A stretch of 32,000 nt of DNA from contig NZ_FYEX01000001.1 of NCBI RefSeq assembly GCF_900187875.1, positions 502,614-534,613 of the forward strand. The letters are read 5' to 3'. This DNA is from Polynucleobacter victoriensis. Its GTDB lineage: Bacteria; Pseudomonadota; Gammaproteobacteria; Burkholderiales; Burkholderiaceae. Position numbers and translations under genes: made by a program. The notes beneath the pieces were generated by a model. It was given only the letters and a program-made list of their open reading frames with translations, was not told the DNA's origin and made no database searches. Shown here piece after piece: positions 1-9,521 of the stretch. Position 1 is the first letter of the stretch, and every line of letters begins with the position of its first letter.

Positions 1-134
1 AAGTCTGTGAGGGCCAAAGCACCCATTTGATCACTGACCGCCGCAGAAATGGCATCATCTATGCGTACAGCCCCGTCCACAATGGAATATTCCGAGTGGA
101 GTCGTAAATGGACGAAGCTGGTATTTAAAGACAT
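1..134 (-). CDS. dnaE: DNA polymerase III alpha subunit, first 44 codons only (gene runs off the window)
   Basis: Reverse-strand ATG at 134-132 followed by MSLNTSFVHLRLHSEYSIVDGAVRIDDAISAAVSDQMGALALTD, the typical DnaE PHP-domain N-terminus. Absent from the ORF track because the window edge truncates it. Confidence 0.6.
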   Translation of the reverse strand, partial: MSLNTSFVHLRLHSEYSIVDGAVRIDDAISAAVSDQMGALALTD

Positions 135-137
135 GAG

Positions 138-1043
138 ATGATTTTAGCTATGTTCAAAACCCAATACCGCGGTCGCTTCGCACCCTCACCCACAGGCGCT
201 CTCCACGCCGGGTCGCTCGCAACCGCTTTAGGTAGTTGGCTCCACGCGAAAGCCCATGACGGAAAGTGGCTTTTACGGATCGAAGACCTTGATTTGCCAA
301 GATGCGTGCCAGGTGCCGATCAGACAATCATTCAACAATTATCAGCCTGCGGTTTAAGCTGGGACGAGGAGATTGAATATCAATTCAAACGAACCCATTG
401 TTATAGCGATGCCTTAACAAAGCTGATTGATTCTAATAAAGCTTACGGATGTCGTTGCACCCGAAAACAAATTGAAGATGCGCAACTAGCATCAGGTCGA
501 AAAAAAGATCGTCATGGTGAATTGATTTACCCAGGAACATGTCGCAAGCGCACAGACATCATAGAACCTTGCGCCTGGCGTTTGTATGTTCACGATGCTG
601 AGATTGAATCAACTGTAGGGGATTTTGTATTGCGCCGCGCTGACAGAATTTTTACTTATCAGTTAGCAGTAGTGGTCGATGATCATCTACAAGGAATTAC
701 TCATATTGTTCGTGGGGCCGATTTGATAGATAACACCCCAAGGCAAATTTATTTACAACAAGAACTTGGCTACCAAACTCCTAGCTATGTTCACTTACCC
801 TTAGTTCTTGATAACAACCAAGAAAAACTCAGCAAGCAAACCAAAGCAACAGCTATCGATGTCAGCAGTTCTAAAAACGTCTTAAATGCGCTCAGCGCAG
901 CTGCACTTCATATTGGCCTCACCGACCATCGACTATTGGCAAAAAGTAGTGCTGAGATTGATTTAAGCGTTTCTGAGTGGTTGACTGTTGCCCTTAGCAA
1001 CTATCAAACCCTTTTAAGTCAGGGTTTGATTAAATTCGCTTAA
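138..1043 (+). CDS. gluQ: glutamyl-Q tRNA(Asp) synthetase
   Basis: 301-aa ORF. Class I aaRS signatures RFAPSPTGALHAGS (HIGH-like) and KLSKQ (KMSKS-like) sit in a GluRS-like catalytic core with no anticodon-binding domain. The true start may be Met5 (150). Confidence 0.85.
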   Translation: MILAMFKTQYRGRFAPSPTGALHAGSLATALGSWLHAKAHDGKWLLRIEDLDLPRCVPGADQTIIQQLSACGLSWDEEIEYQFKRTHCYSDALTKLIDSNKAYGCRCTRKQIEDAQLASGRKKDRHGELIYPGTCRKRTDIIEPCAWRLYVHDAEIESTVGDFVLRRADRIFTYQLAVVVDDHLQGITHIVRGADLIDNTPRQIYLQQELGYQTPSYVHLPLVLDNNQEKLSKQTKATAIDVSSSKNVLNALSAAALHIGLTDHRLLAKSSAEIDLSVSEWLTVALSNYQTLLSQGLIKFA

Positions 1044-1076
1044 TTAAGCTTGTTGAGTGAATTTTTCTTAATTAAA

Positions 1077-2450
1077 TTAATTGGGTTTTTTAAAGCCACC
1101 CAATAGTGCTGCAACTGGTTTATTTGATTTAGGCCCAGGCTTAATGGATGGGTTGCTAGAGATATTCGCTGAAGCATTTGATGCTGCATCTTTAGTATCT
1201 TTTTTATCTATGGCAGCTTTGTTATCTTTTGCTTGATAAGGCATGTAAAAGAATGGATCGGCACCTGGGCCACCAGCTGGATCAGGCACAGGCATTCTGA
1301 TGAGCTTGCGATTCATCAGCTTTTCAATATCAGCCAATAACTTTTCTTCAGAGGCGTCTACCAAAGCAATTGCATCGCCTTGCGCACCAGCACGACCGGT
1401 TCTACCAATACGATGAACATAATCCTCTGCATTAAATGGCAACTCGTGATTGATCACACAGGGCATATCAGCAATATCAAGACCTCTGGCAGCCACATCA
1501 GTTGCCACCAAAACATCCATGGAACCATTTTTAAATGACTCCAAAATTTGCATGCGTTCAATTTGGCTTTTGTCGCCATGAATCGCACCAGCCTTGATAC
1601 CACTTCTCTCTAATGCACTTGCCAACTTGCTGCAACCAATGCGGCTATTAGTAAAAACAATCGCTTGACGAGAAAGACCTTGTTGAATACGCGCGTTAAG
1701 AACTTTTACGACAGCATCTTTTTTGCGCTCAGACGGCACCATATGAATCACCTGACGGACAGTGTCTGCTGCAGCATTTTGTCTAGCCACTTCAATCGTC
1801 ACAGGATCACGCAAATAACTTTGCGCTAATTTTTTAATTTCTGGTGAGAAAGTTGCTGAGAACAATAGCGTTTGTCGCTGCGCAGGAATCAAACCGATGA
1901 TGCGTTGCAAGTCTGGTAAGAAGCCCATATCCAACATGCGGTCCGCTTCATCCAAAATCAAAATTTGCACTTGTGACAAATTGGCTGTTTTTTGGGTGAT
2001 GTGATCAAGTAATCTGCCTGGCGTTGCAATCAATAGCTCAACACCTGAGCGTAATAAGCTAGTTTGTGCTGACATATCTACACCACCAAACACCACAGCA
2101 GTTCTGATGTCTGTGTACTTGGCGTATTTGAATGCGTTATCTGCTACTTGGTCAGCTAGTTCACGTGTAGGCGTTAATACCAAAGCACGAATCGGATGTC
2201 TTGCTGGTGAAGCACTGCTGCTGGCCATTGGCAAAATATTTTGCAGAATTGGTAAAACAAACGCTGCTGTTTTACCTGTGCCAGTTTGTGCTGCGCCCAT
2301 GACATCTCTGCCCTGCATCACATGAGGCATGGCTTGCGCCTGAATCGGGGTAGGTTTTGTATAACCTTGCTCTAAGACGGCTCTCAAAATTGGCTCAGCA
2401 AAGCCAATTTCAGCAAAAGTTAGTTCGGTATTGTTTTGTTCTGTACTCAC
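1077..2450 (-). CDS. rhlE: ATP-dependent DEAD-box RNA helicase (RhlE-like)
   Basis: 457 aa with the motifs AQTGTGKT, DEAD, SAT and HRIGRTGRAG, plus a low-complexity basic C-terminal tail. Confidence 0.9.
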   Translation of the reverse strand: MSTEQNNTELTFAEIGFAEPILRAVLEQGYTKPTPIQAQAMPHVMQGRDVMGAAQTGTGKTAAFVLPILQNILPMASSSASPARHPIRALVLTPTRELADQVADNAFKYAKYTDIRTAVVFGGVDMSAQTSLLRSGVELLIATPGRLLDHITQKTANLSQVQILILDEADRMLDMGFLPDLQRIIGLIPAQRQTLLFSATFSPEIKKLAQSYLRDPVTIEVARQNAAADTVRQVIHMVPSERKKDAVVKVLNARIQQGLSRQAIVFTNSRIGCSKLASALERSGIKAGAIHGDKSQIERMQILESFKNGSMDVLVATDVAARGLDIADMPCVINHELPFNAEDYVHRIGRTGRAGAQGDAIALVDASEEKLLADIEKLMNRKLIRMPVPDPAGGPGADPFFYMPYQAKDNKAAIDKKDTKDAASNASANISSNPSIKPGPKSNKPVAALLGGFKKPN

Positions 2451-2507
2451 AGGGCTCTATTATGAGGCCTGTGAGTCATTGACTGGGATTTTCTTGATAT
2501 GGCTGCA

Positions 2508-2915
2508 TTACAAAGCAGCAATACCTGCTTTGGCCACTTCAGCATCCTGATCTGATTTAGCCCCAGAAACACCTATGGCGCCAATCGTTTGACCATCCAC
2601 CACAATGTTCACACCACCCTCTAGCGTGCCCTGTAAAACCGCTGTGGCGTTTAAAAATGACTGACGACCACCATTGATGATGTCTTCATATACTTTGGTC
2701 TCACGACGCCCAAGAGCTGATGCTTTAGCCTTTTCTTGGGCGATGTAGGTAGAAATGGTTGGGCAAGCGTCGCGTCTTGTGAAACCCAATAAATGTCCAC
2801 CGTCATCGACAACTGCAATACTCACACCCCAATTGTTTTTTTCCGCATGAGCATCCGCTGCTGCAAGGATTTTTTTTACATCCGATTGATTTAAATAAGC
2901 TTTTTGACTTGGCAC
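2508..2915 (-). CDS. GlcG/HbpS-like (DUF336) heme-binding family protein
   Basis: 135 aa. VVDDGGHL and GGVNIVVDGQTIGAIGVSG motifs are typical of the DUF336 family. Confidence 0.7.
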   Translation of the reverse strand: MPSQKAYLNQSDVKKILAAADAHAEKNNWGVSIAVVDDGGHLLGFTRRDACPTISTYIAQEKAKASALGRRETKVYEDIINGGRQSFLNATAVLQGTLEGGVNIVVDGQTIGAIGVSGAKSDQDAEVAKAGIAAL

Positions 2916-3103
2916 GACCGTCTCCTATCGATTTTTATGGTTTTAATAATTGTTCTATCTGTTTTTGTGTTTTCTACGATACCTGAATTTGTGACTTCCT
3001 TCAGACGCTGAATGATTTTTGATAAGAATCAATTAATTAATCTATTTATAGTTAAATATAATATATAATGTAATTAATGAATCTTTCTTAGAGAGTAATT
3101 GAT

Positions 3104-3442
3104 ATGGATACGCAAGTAGTTCAAACCAATGAAGCGATGCCACACCTAGATATCAGCCTAATGCGCGCTAACGCAGATAACGCATGTCGCATGATGAAGA
3201 CATTGGCCAATCGCGATCGCTTGATGTTGCTTTGCCAATTAAGCCAAGGTGAAAAACGCGTAGGTGAATTAGAAGAAGCCACCAATATTCAGCAACCTAC
3301 TTTGTCTCAACAACTCGCTGTGTTGCGCGAAGAGAATGTTGTATCAACACGCAGAGATGGCAAACATATTTATTACAAGATTTCTAGTCCCATCGCGATG
3401 TCAGTGATGGAATTACTGTATGCCACATATTGTGGAAAATAA
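3104..3442 (+). CDS. ArsR/SmtB-family transcriptional regulator
   Basis: 112 aa with a winged-helix pattern: LANRDRLMLLCQLSQGEKRVGELEEATNIQQPTLSQQLAVLREENVV. Confidence 0.85.
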   Translation: MDTQVVQTNEAMPHLDISLMRANADNACRMMKTLANRDRLMLLCQLSQGEKRVGELEEATNIQQPTLSQQLAVLREENVVSTRRDGKHIYYKISSPIAMSVMELLYATYCGK

Positions 3443-3452
3443 GGAGAGCACG

Positions 3453-3641
3453 ATGCAATGCAATGTTGGCGGTATCGACCGCGTTTTACGTATCACTGTT
3501 GGCGCACTTTTAGTGATTCTTGCAATCACTGGTGTGGTTGGCACATGGGGTTGGATTGGTTTAGTTCCAATGGCTACAGGCATCTTCCGTTTTTGCCCAG
3601 CCTACCCATTACTTGGCATCAAAACTTGCAGTAAAGATTAA
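3453..3641 (+). CDS. DUF2892/YgaP-like small membrane protein
   Basis: ATG at 3453 is preceded by AAGGAG (3441-3446). The product has two hydrophobic helices and an FCPAY-type C-terminal motif. The track start at 3420 overlaps arsR and has no RBS. Confidence 0.7.
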   Translation: MQCNVGGIDRVLRITVGALLVILAITGVVGTWGWIGLVPMATGIFRFCPAYPLLGIKTCSKD

Positions 3642-3649
3642 TCGAGAGA

Positions 3650-4021
3650 TTAATTGATGTAATTGACTGCTAGCGCATACAGCACTAGCACCAAGGTGCC
3701 CGTTAACAATGCGGGCACCATTCTCTCTCCAGGCTTTGAATACATCACGATTAATGCCAGGACACTAACGGTCAAGCGTACATAAATCGGCACCGTACTC
3801 AAAAGACCCACAGGTAACAAAATAATTCTGAGCGTTAAAGCAGCCACCATGGCATAAGTGACAGCAGACAACCACTTAAAGATTTCGCTGTCTTGACTGA
3901 TTTTTCCTGACAAGAAAACACCCAAGCCACGCCATAGGTAAGTGCCTAAACAAGCTGCAATTAATGCAGCCCACATACCTGCATCATTGAACATATTTGA
4001 TAGATCAGTCGTTTCAGGCAA
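3650..4021 (-). CDS. azlD: AzlD-like branched-chain amino acid transport protein
   Basis: 123-aa very hydrophobic protein. It overlaps the upstream azlC-like gene by 8 nt, the classic azlCD arrangement. Confidence 0.65.
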   Translation of the reverse strand: MPETTDLSNMFNDAGMWAALIAACLGTYLWRGLGVFLSGKISQDSEIFKWLSAVTYAMVAALTLRIILLPVGLLSTVPIYVRLTVSVLALIVMYSKPGERMVPALLTGTLVLVLYALAVNYIN

Positions 4022-4721
4022 TTGCTTTTTTCCTCAGAGAAAGATCAACGCTATATGCAATGGTGCCACCCACCAAACCCGCGATTAGTAATGAATAGTT
4101 AGGAAACCAGAGATATGACACTGGACCAATCACAGCACCCAACAAAATAGCAATGCGATTAGCTCTGGGCTTTACCTCTGTAAAGGTTAATAAGAAAAAC
4201 AGTGGATTAATAAATACCATGCCAAGACTTAGATAAGTTGGCACCTGCCCTGCTATCAAATAACCCAAGGCTGTTCCTGGTGTTGATACACCCCAACAGA
4301 CCAATGCAAAACCCGTGAAATACGATAAGCGCTTATCTGGTTCAATTTTTGGAAAATCTTTCATGGCAATAGCCCATGAAGTCATGGCCATGAAGTGAAC
4401 CAATAGATAGTAAAAAGAACTGCGTTGTTTTTCTGGAAACTGCGGGAACAGCGTCAAACACATAGTAAAAAATCTTGTGGCTGTTAGAGTCACAGCAAAT
4501 GCAATCGCTACACCTGAAGCCCCCAAAACAAGCATCTCAATTAAGACCACTTGACCAGGCAATGCAAACATAAAGAAACTGGTGGCACTGGTTAACCAAA
4601 TATCTAAACCATTGGCTTGCCCCATCGCACCAAAGCCCACCATGCCGGCAAATAAAACGGCAGCTGGTGCACCGAAAGCATCTTTAGCTCCTCGTAAGAC
4701 AACTTCTTTGTTCAAGCTCAT
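4014..4721 (-). CDS. azlC: AzlC-family amino acid exporter permease
   Basis: 235-aa polytopic membrane protein immediately upstream of the azlD-like gene. Family-level resemblance only. Confidence 0.7.
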   Translation of the reverse strand: MSLNKEVVLRGAKDAFGAPAAVLFAGMVGFGAMGQANGLDIWLTSATSFFMFALPGQVVLIEMLVLGASGVAIAFAVTLTATRFFTMCLTLFPQFPEKQRSSFYYLLVHFMAMTSWAIAMKDFPKIEPDKRLSYFTGFALVCWGVSTPGTALGYLIAGQVPTYLSLGMVFINPLFFLLTFTEVKPRANRIAILLGAVIGPVSYLWFPNYSLLIAGLVGGTIAYSVDLSLRKKAIA

Positions 4722-4791
4722 GAAAGGAGTTTATTGTTTTTTTTGATTTTGGTTTGATGAACTATTTAGTCAAGTATTTAGCGTCCAGAAT

Positions 4792-5919
4792 TTAGAGCCC
4801 TGCATTTAGAGCCCAATCGATGTGTTCTTGAACCATTGGGCTCACAGATACTCTTTTATTAATGAGCGCTACACGTATCTGCTCTTTTTGGCTTTTGCTA
4901 AGCGATGTAGCTTGCAAGGCATTACCAATGCCCACAGCTAAGTTTCTGAGCCAAGCTTGATAACCAATACGCCGAATGGGGCTACCCTCATGACGAGATA
5001 AGAAATCTTCTTCTGACCATGACCACAAATCAAGCAGTGACGCCTGATCTAAACCATGCCTAGGTAAAAAATCTGGCAGAGCTGTCATTTGTGCAAACTT
5101 ATTCCAAGGGCAAGCCAACTGACAATCATCGCAACCATAGATACGATTACCCATCAAAGACCTTAGCTCTAGCGGGATAGATCCTTTGTGCTCAATCGTC
5201 AGATATGAAATACAACGTCTCGCATCTAATTGATAAGGTGCGGTAATAGCTCCCGTAGGACAGATATTGATACATGCAGAGCATTCACCACAATGACTGG
5301 TAATCGGCTCATCAACTGGGAAAGGCACATCAACCAAGATTTCCCCCAAGAAGAACATCGAGCCAGCTTCCCTGTTTAATAAAAGAGTATGTTTACCCCG
5401 CCATCCCAGACCAGACTTTTGGGCTAACTCAACTTCCATGACTGGGCCAGAATCAACAAAGACGCGATAGCCTAAAGAGCCGACTTTTTTCTGAATTTCT
5501 TCTGCCAATGTTTGCAGGCGCTGGCGTAAGACCTTGTGATAATCGCGGCCACGTGCATACATGGCCACAACAGCTTGCGTTGGGTTTTCGACCTTGGCCA
5601 TTTCCATATCGCGCCAATCAACAGATTGCCGAATTTCCGTGTTATCAGGCAAATAATCCATGCGAGCTGTGATGACTCGAATGGTTCCTGGTTGAAGTTC
5701 TGCAGGATTAGCACGCAAATGAGCTCGCTCGCTCATATAATTCATATCACCGTGACGACCTGCCTTCAACCACTCCTTCAAACGCTCGCTGGCCTGACTC
5801 AAATCAGTGTCAGAAACTCTGATATCGCCAAATCCAAGAGAACGGGCTGCATCTCTAATCCAAGAAATATCTTGGATCCAATCTACAGATATTGCAGTCG
5901 TTATTTTTTCTTGCGTCAC
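4792..5919 (-). CDS. queG: epoxyqueuosine reductase
   Basis: 375 aa with two 4Fe-4S clusters, CGECSACINICPTG and CDDCQLACPWNKF. Overall QueG-like sequence. Confidence 0.9.
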   Translation of the reverse strand: MTQEKITTAISVDWIQDISWIRDAARSLGFGDIRVSDTDLSQASERLKEWLKAGRHGDMNYMSERAHLRANPAELQPGTIRVITARMDYLPDNTEIRQSVDWRDMEMAKVENPTQAVVAMYARGRDYHKVLRQRLQTLAEEIQKKVGSLGYRVFVDSGPVMEVELAQKSGLGWRGKHTLLLNREAGSMFFLGEILVDVPFPVDEPITSHCGECSACINICPTGAITAPYQLDARRCISYLTIEHKGSIPLELRSLMGNRIYGCDDCQLACPWNKFAQMTALPDFLPRHGLDQASLLDLWSWSEEDFLSRHEGSPIRRIGYQAWLRNLAVGIGNALQATSLSKSQKEQIRVALINKRVSVSPMVQEHIDWALNAGL

Positions 5920-5952
5920 GATTTATGCTCCTTGGTGAGATTGTAGGTCGCC

Positions 5953-6465
5953 ATGACAGAAAAAACATTTCTTTTATCGTCAGAAGCACAAACAGCAGCA
6001 ATTGCTGAGAAATTAGCAGGTGTGATGTCTGCTTTGATTAAAAAATCTAATTCAAGCAAGTTAAACACTGCTGTTGCCTTGCATCTATCACTAATTGGCG
6101 ATTTGGGTGCTGGTAAAACGACGTTTACTAGGTATCTATTAAAAGCATTAGGTCACACAGGTAAAGTTAAAAGCCCCACCTACACTTTGTGTGAACCTTA
6201 TGAATTAGCAACTGATGGCATTCAATTTTCTTTGCATCATTTCGATTTGTACCGGATGCGCTACGCTGAAGAATGGCTGGATGCTGGATTTAGAGAAACA
6301 TTTAGTAATCCGGGTATTTGCATCGTCGAGTGGCCAGAAAAAGCCGAGGGAACATTACCGGCAGTTGACGCAGAGCTGCACCTCACCATGCATGATGATG
6401 AGACTCGTGAATTAATCATCAAAGCTATCAGCCCTGCCGGCAAATCGCTCACAGAAGCTTTATGA
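5953..6465 (+). CDS. tsaE: tRNA t6A37 biosynthesis ATPase TsaE
   Basis: 170 aa with P-loop GDLGAGKTTFTR, then SPTYTL and HFDLYR motifs. Confidence 0.85.
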   Translation: MTEKTFLLSSEAQTAAIAEKLAGVMSALIKKSNSSKLNTAVALHLSLIGDLGAGKTTFTRYLLKALGHTGKVKSPTYTLCEPYELATDGIQFSLHHFDLYRMRYAEEWLDAGFRETFSNPGICIVEWPEKAEGTLPAVDAELHLTMHDDETRELIIKAISPAGKSLTEAL

Positions 6466-7784
6466 AATTCATCCCCAGAAACGCCAAGCGTCGCGATTTA
6501 CTAAAAAATATTGCAAAAGCGAGTGCTTTGCTTTTTTTAGGGCCATCTCAATTAGCCTTTGGTGCAAAGTTATTAGCAGTGCGCATGTGGCCAGCAGAAG
6601 ACTACACACGCGTGACATTGGAATCAGATGAAGTGCTGAAGGTCAGTCATCAACTCTTGACCAACCCCCATCGTTTGGTCGTAGATGTTGAGGGACTAGA
6701 GCTCACCAACACACTCAAAGAGTTAGTCGCTAAAGTAAAAAGCAACGATCCGTATGTATCTCAAGTTCGGGTAGGTCAATTTCAGCCAAGAGTAGTTCGA
6801 TTGGTATTTGATTTAAAAGAGAGTATTCAGCCACAATTATTTTCATTAGAACCAGTTGGCAGCTACCAAAATCGTTTGGTGTTTGACTTATACCCAACCG
6901 TTGCTAATGACCCACTGATGGAACTGGTACGTAGTAGCTCAAAAAAATCAGCCGCCTTGGATCTTGAAGACCCTATTGGCGCCATCGCCAGGAAAGAAGC
7001 TCTCAAGCAAGATAAGCAAGACAAGAGCAATAAAGATGACAGCGCTCAAACAAGTGATGCTAAGTCACCTTATAAGCGCCTATTAACTATTGCGATTGAT
7101 CCTGGGCATGGCGGTGAAGATCCTGGCGCAATTGGTAAAGGTGGCTCGCGCGAAAAGGATATTGTTTTAGCGATTGCCAGAAAACTCAAAGAGAAAATTG
7201 AGCAAGAGCCAGATATGCGTTCATATTTAACACGCGATGGCGATTATTTTGTACCACTACATACTCGCGTCAATAAAGCACGCAGAGTACAAGCTGACTT
7301 GTTTGTCTCAGTACACGCTGATGCATTCGTTCAACCTCATGCAAAAGGTGCTTCTGTGTTCGCTCTCTCTCAACAAGGGGCTACTAGTACAGCAGCTAGG
7401 TGGTTAGCCAATAAAGAAAATAATGCGGACTTAATTGGAGGTTTAAATATTAAGTCGCAAGATAAACAGGTGGCTCAACTACTTTTAGACATGTCCACCA
7501 CCGCTCAAATTAAAGACAGTCTGAAGCTAGGCGATGCGGTATTAAAACAAATTGGTGGCTTTGCCAAATTACATAAAAAGCATGTAGAGCAAGCAAGCTT
7601 CGCAGTACTAAAAGCACCAGATGTTCCATCAATATTGATTGAGACAGCTTTCATTAGCAATCCAGAAGAAGAAGCTCGACTCAATGATGTGGAATACCAA
7701 GAACAGATTGCCTTGGCAATAGTAAAAGGCATTCGAAGTTACTTTGCCAAGAATCCTCCCGTCGCAAAATCTAGACAAATCTAG
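6462..7784 (+). CDS. amiC: N-acetylmuramoyl-L-alanine amidase (AmiC-type, AMIN domain)
   Basis: 440 aa. Tat-like leader KRRDLLKNIAKASALL, an AMIN-like N-domain, a K/D/S-rich linker, and an Amidase_3 core (IDPGHGGEDPGA ... SVHADA). ATGA overlap with tsaE. Confidence 0.9.
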   Translation: MKFIPRNAKRRDLLKNIAKASALLFLGPSQLAFGAKLLAVRMWPAEDYTRVTLESDEVLKVSHQLLTNPHRLVVDVEGLELTNTLKELVAKVKSNDPYVSQVRVGQFQPRVVRLVFDLKESIQPQLFSLEPVGSYQNRLVFDLYPTVANDPLMELVRSSSKKSAALDLEDPIGAIARKEALKQDKQDKSNKDDSAQTSDAKSPYKRLLTIAIDPGHGGEDPGAIGKGGSREKDIVLAIARKLKEKIEQEPDMRSYLTRDGDYFVPLHTRVNKARRVQADLFVSVHADAFVQPHAKGASVFALSQQGATSTAARWLANKENNADLIGGLNIKSQDKQVAQLLLDMSTTAQIKDSLKLGDAVLKQIGGFAKLHKKHVEQASFAVLKAPDVPSILIETAFISNPEEEARLNDVEYQEQIALAIVKGIRSYFAKNPPVAKSRQI

Positions 7785-7828
7785 CTCTAATTTAAAAAGT
7801 CCGCTATAATCTTCTTTTTCGCAGATTT

Positions 7829-7904
7829 GGGTCGGTAGCTCAGTCGGTAGAGCAGCGGACTTTTAATCCGTTGGTCGCGAGTTCGAGTCTCGCCCGACCC
7901 ACCA
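7829..7904 (+). tRNA. tRNA-Lys (anticodon UUU)
   Basis: 76-nt cloverleaf. Acceptor GGGTCGG/CCGACCC, D-arm GCTCAGTCGGTAGAGC, anticodon loop CTTTTAA, T-arm GCGAGTTCGAGTCTCGC, encoded CCA. Confidence 0.95.
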
Positions 7905-7967
7905 AATCAAGGCTTTCGAGCCTTCGAATACAAAAACCACTAAAGTGAGAACTTTAGTGGTTTTTTT
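7860..7967 (+). repeat. direct repeat copy 1 (tRNA-Lys 3' 45 nt plus 63 bp downstream); attL-like
   Basis: Matches 30732-30838 with one substitution and one T indel. Its first 45 nt also match 13588-13632. Confidence 0.9.
7937..7967 (+). terminator. rho-independent terminator downstream of tRNA-Lys
   Basis: Perfect 10-bp stem CCACTAAAGT / ACTTTAGTGG with loop GAGA, followed by T7. Confidence 0.8.
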
Positions 7968-8071
7968 CATTTCAGATATCCTCAATTCAATAGAGGTAAG
8001 ATTCAAACCCAATTTCAATCTTTCTTTCATATCTTCTTTAATATGATTAAAAAATTAGATAGACCCTAAAA

Positions 8072-8635
8072 ATGGTTGACCTAACAAAAATTCCAGAAAA
8101 CTTACCAATCCCTCAAGATGATGGAGCAGTCAAACATTTAGTTGGAACAAGCTTACCAAGCTTGTCACTTCCAGCCACCAACGAAGAGCTGATTGATATT
8201 GGATCTTTCAAAGATTTTTTAGTTATCTACTGTTACCCAATGACAGGTCAACCTGATGTCCCTTTACCTGAAGGGTGGGATCAAATACCTGGGGCTAGAG
8301 GGTGTACTCCACAAAGTTGCTCATTTAGAGATCACTATCAAGAGTTAAAAGCATTAAAAGCTGAAGTACTTGGATTAAGCGTTCAGACCACTGACTATCA
8401 AAAAGAAATGGCTGAACGACTCCACTTACCGTTTCTAGTAGTTAGTGATGTTGATTTCAAATTTCAAAAAGCCCTCAAACTTCCGACCTTTTTAGCTGGT
8501 GGAATGACTCTCTTAAAAAGAGTAACCATCATTGCTAAAGATGGAAAAATTGTGGCTGTTCACTATCCCATATTCCCCAGTGACAGTGATCCAGCTTGGG
8601 TAATTGATTATCTTGAAAACCATTATCAAAAATAG
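8072..8635 (+). CDS. peroxiredoxin-like (AhpC/TSA/BCP family) thiol peroxidase
   Basis: 187 aa with a thioredoxin-fold pattern: YCYPMTG ... GCTPQSCSF (C-x4-C, as in BCP-type peroxiredoxins). Confidence 0.7.
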   Translation: MVDLTKIPENLPIPQDDGAVKHLVGTSLPSLSLPATNEELIDIGSFKDFLVIYCYPMTGQPDVPLPEGWDQIPGARGCTPQSCSFRDHYQELKALKAEVLGLSVQTTDYQKEMAERLHLPFLVVSDVDFKFQKALKLPTFLAGGMTLLKRVTIIAKDGKIVAVHYPIFPSDSDPAWVIDYLENHYQK

Positions 8636-8637
8636 TC

Positions 8638-9297
8638 TTATTCCACCAACAACTTACGAAGTGATGAATAGTTCAGCCTAGTACCCATTTCGTTGTTAAG
8701 CCACCTATGAATAGCCAACATTGATTCACCGTTGGCTTTTTTCTTTTTCATTTCAGCTATCAACTTTTGTTCTTTGCTATTTGGGACTTTCTTACCATCC
8801 TTCACATTAAATCCAAAACCACGACGACCACCCACATAAAACCCTTGGGATTTTCTCATTTGCTTCACCTCGCTGATTCGTGAAGCAATTCTTTCTCTTT
8901 CAAAAGAAGCAAAAGCTGACAAGATTGTAAAAATAATAGCTCCCACACCATTACCAGTTACATCACCACCGAGATCAATCGAATGAACTGAAACACCTTT
9001 CTCTTTTAACAGGTGTAGTGTATTGAGGGCGTCTCGTGTGTTTCTAAATCCACGATCTAACTTAGGAAAAATTAAAACATCACCAGACTTTATAACTTCT
9101 AACAGTCGAGAGCCCTCTGGACGGGAATTAAACTCCAAGCCACCACTAACCCCTCTCTCGACAAAAACATCACTCTCGCTCAACTCTAGACCTCTTGAAA
9201 TTGAATAACTCAAAACTTGTCTAGTTTGAGAATCTAACGAATCACCTTCAGTAGCCTGTTGTACAGTTGAAACACGAACATACCCAAAAACAGTCAT
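8638..9297 (-). CDS. serine recombinase (resolvase/invertase family)
   Basis: 219 aa. N-terminal catalytic motif FGYVRVSTVQQ, a resolvase catalytic domain, and a short C-terminal HTH-like tail. Confidence 0.9.
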   Translation of the reverse strand: MTVFGYVRVSTVQQATEGDSLDSQTRQVLSYSISRGLELSESDVFVERGVSGGLEFNSRPEGSRLLEVIKSGDVLIFPKLDRGFRNTRDALNTLHLLKEKGVSVHSIDLGGDVTGNGVGAIIFTILSAFASFERERIASRISEVKQMRKSQGFYVGGRRGFGFNVKDGKKVPNSKEQKLIAEMKKKKANGESMLAIHRWLNNEMGTRLNYSSLRKLLVE

Positions 9298-9366
9298 TTT
9301 TCACCTCGTAAACACTTAAGATTTTTACTAACTATTGATGGTTTTCAGGTCAAAGACAACAACTAT

Positions 9367-9392
9367 TGATGGATTACTGTAGTAATCCTTGA
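9367..9392. repeat. 26-bp imperfect palindrome, candidate serine-recombinase crossover site
   Basis: TGATGGATTACT-GT-AGTAATCCTTGA. Two 12-bp half-sites match 10/12 in inverted orientation (inner 8 bp perfect) around a 2-bp centre. It lies 70 bp upstream of the recombinase start. Confidence 0.4.
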
Positions 9393-9521
9393 ATTTAAGG
9401 TGAAAAATGGGGTTAAAAACGAGGTAAAAATCCCAAATTAGGGTGTAGTAATGAGTTTATTAAATACAAACCCTTTATCTATAAGGCTTCCAGAGGGTTT
9501 AAAAAGTACACCCTGTAAAAG

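Noticed and set aside
2107-2325. 72-aa ORF antisense to the DEAD-box helicase gene
   Set aside because: It lies entirely inside a well-supported gene on the other strand, with no RBS and odd composition. The same reasoning applies to 5472-5714 and 5536-5946 (in queG), 6215-6415 and 6261-6452 (in tsaE), 7505-7732 (in amiC) and 9023-9208 (in the serine recombinase).
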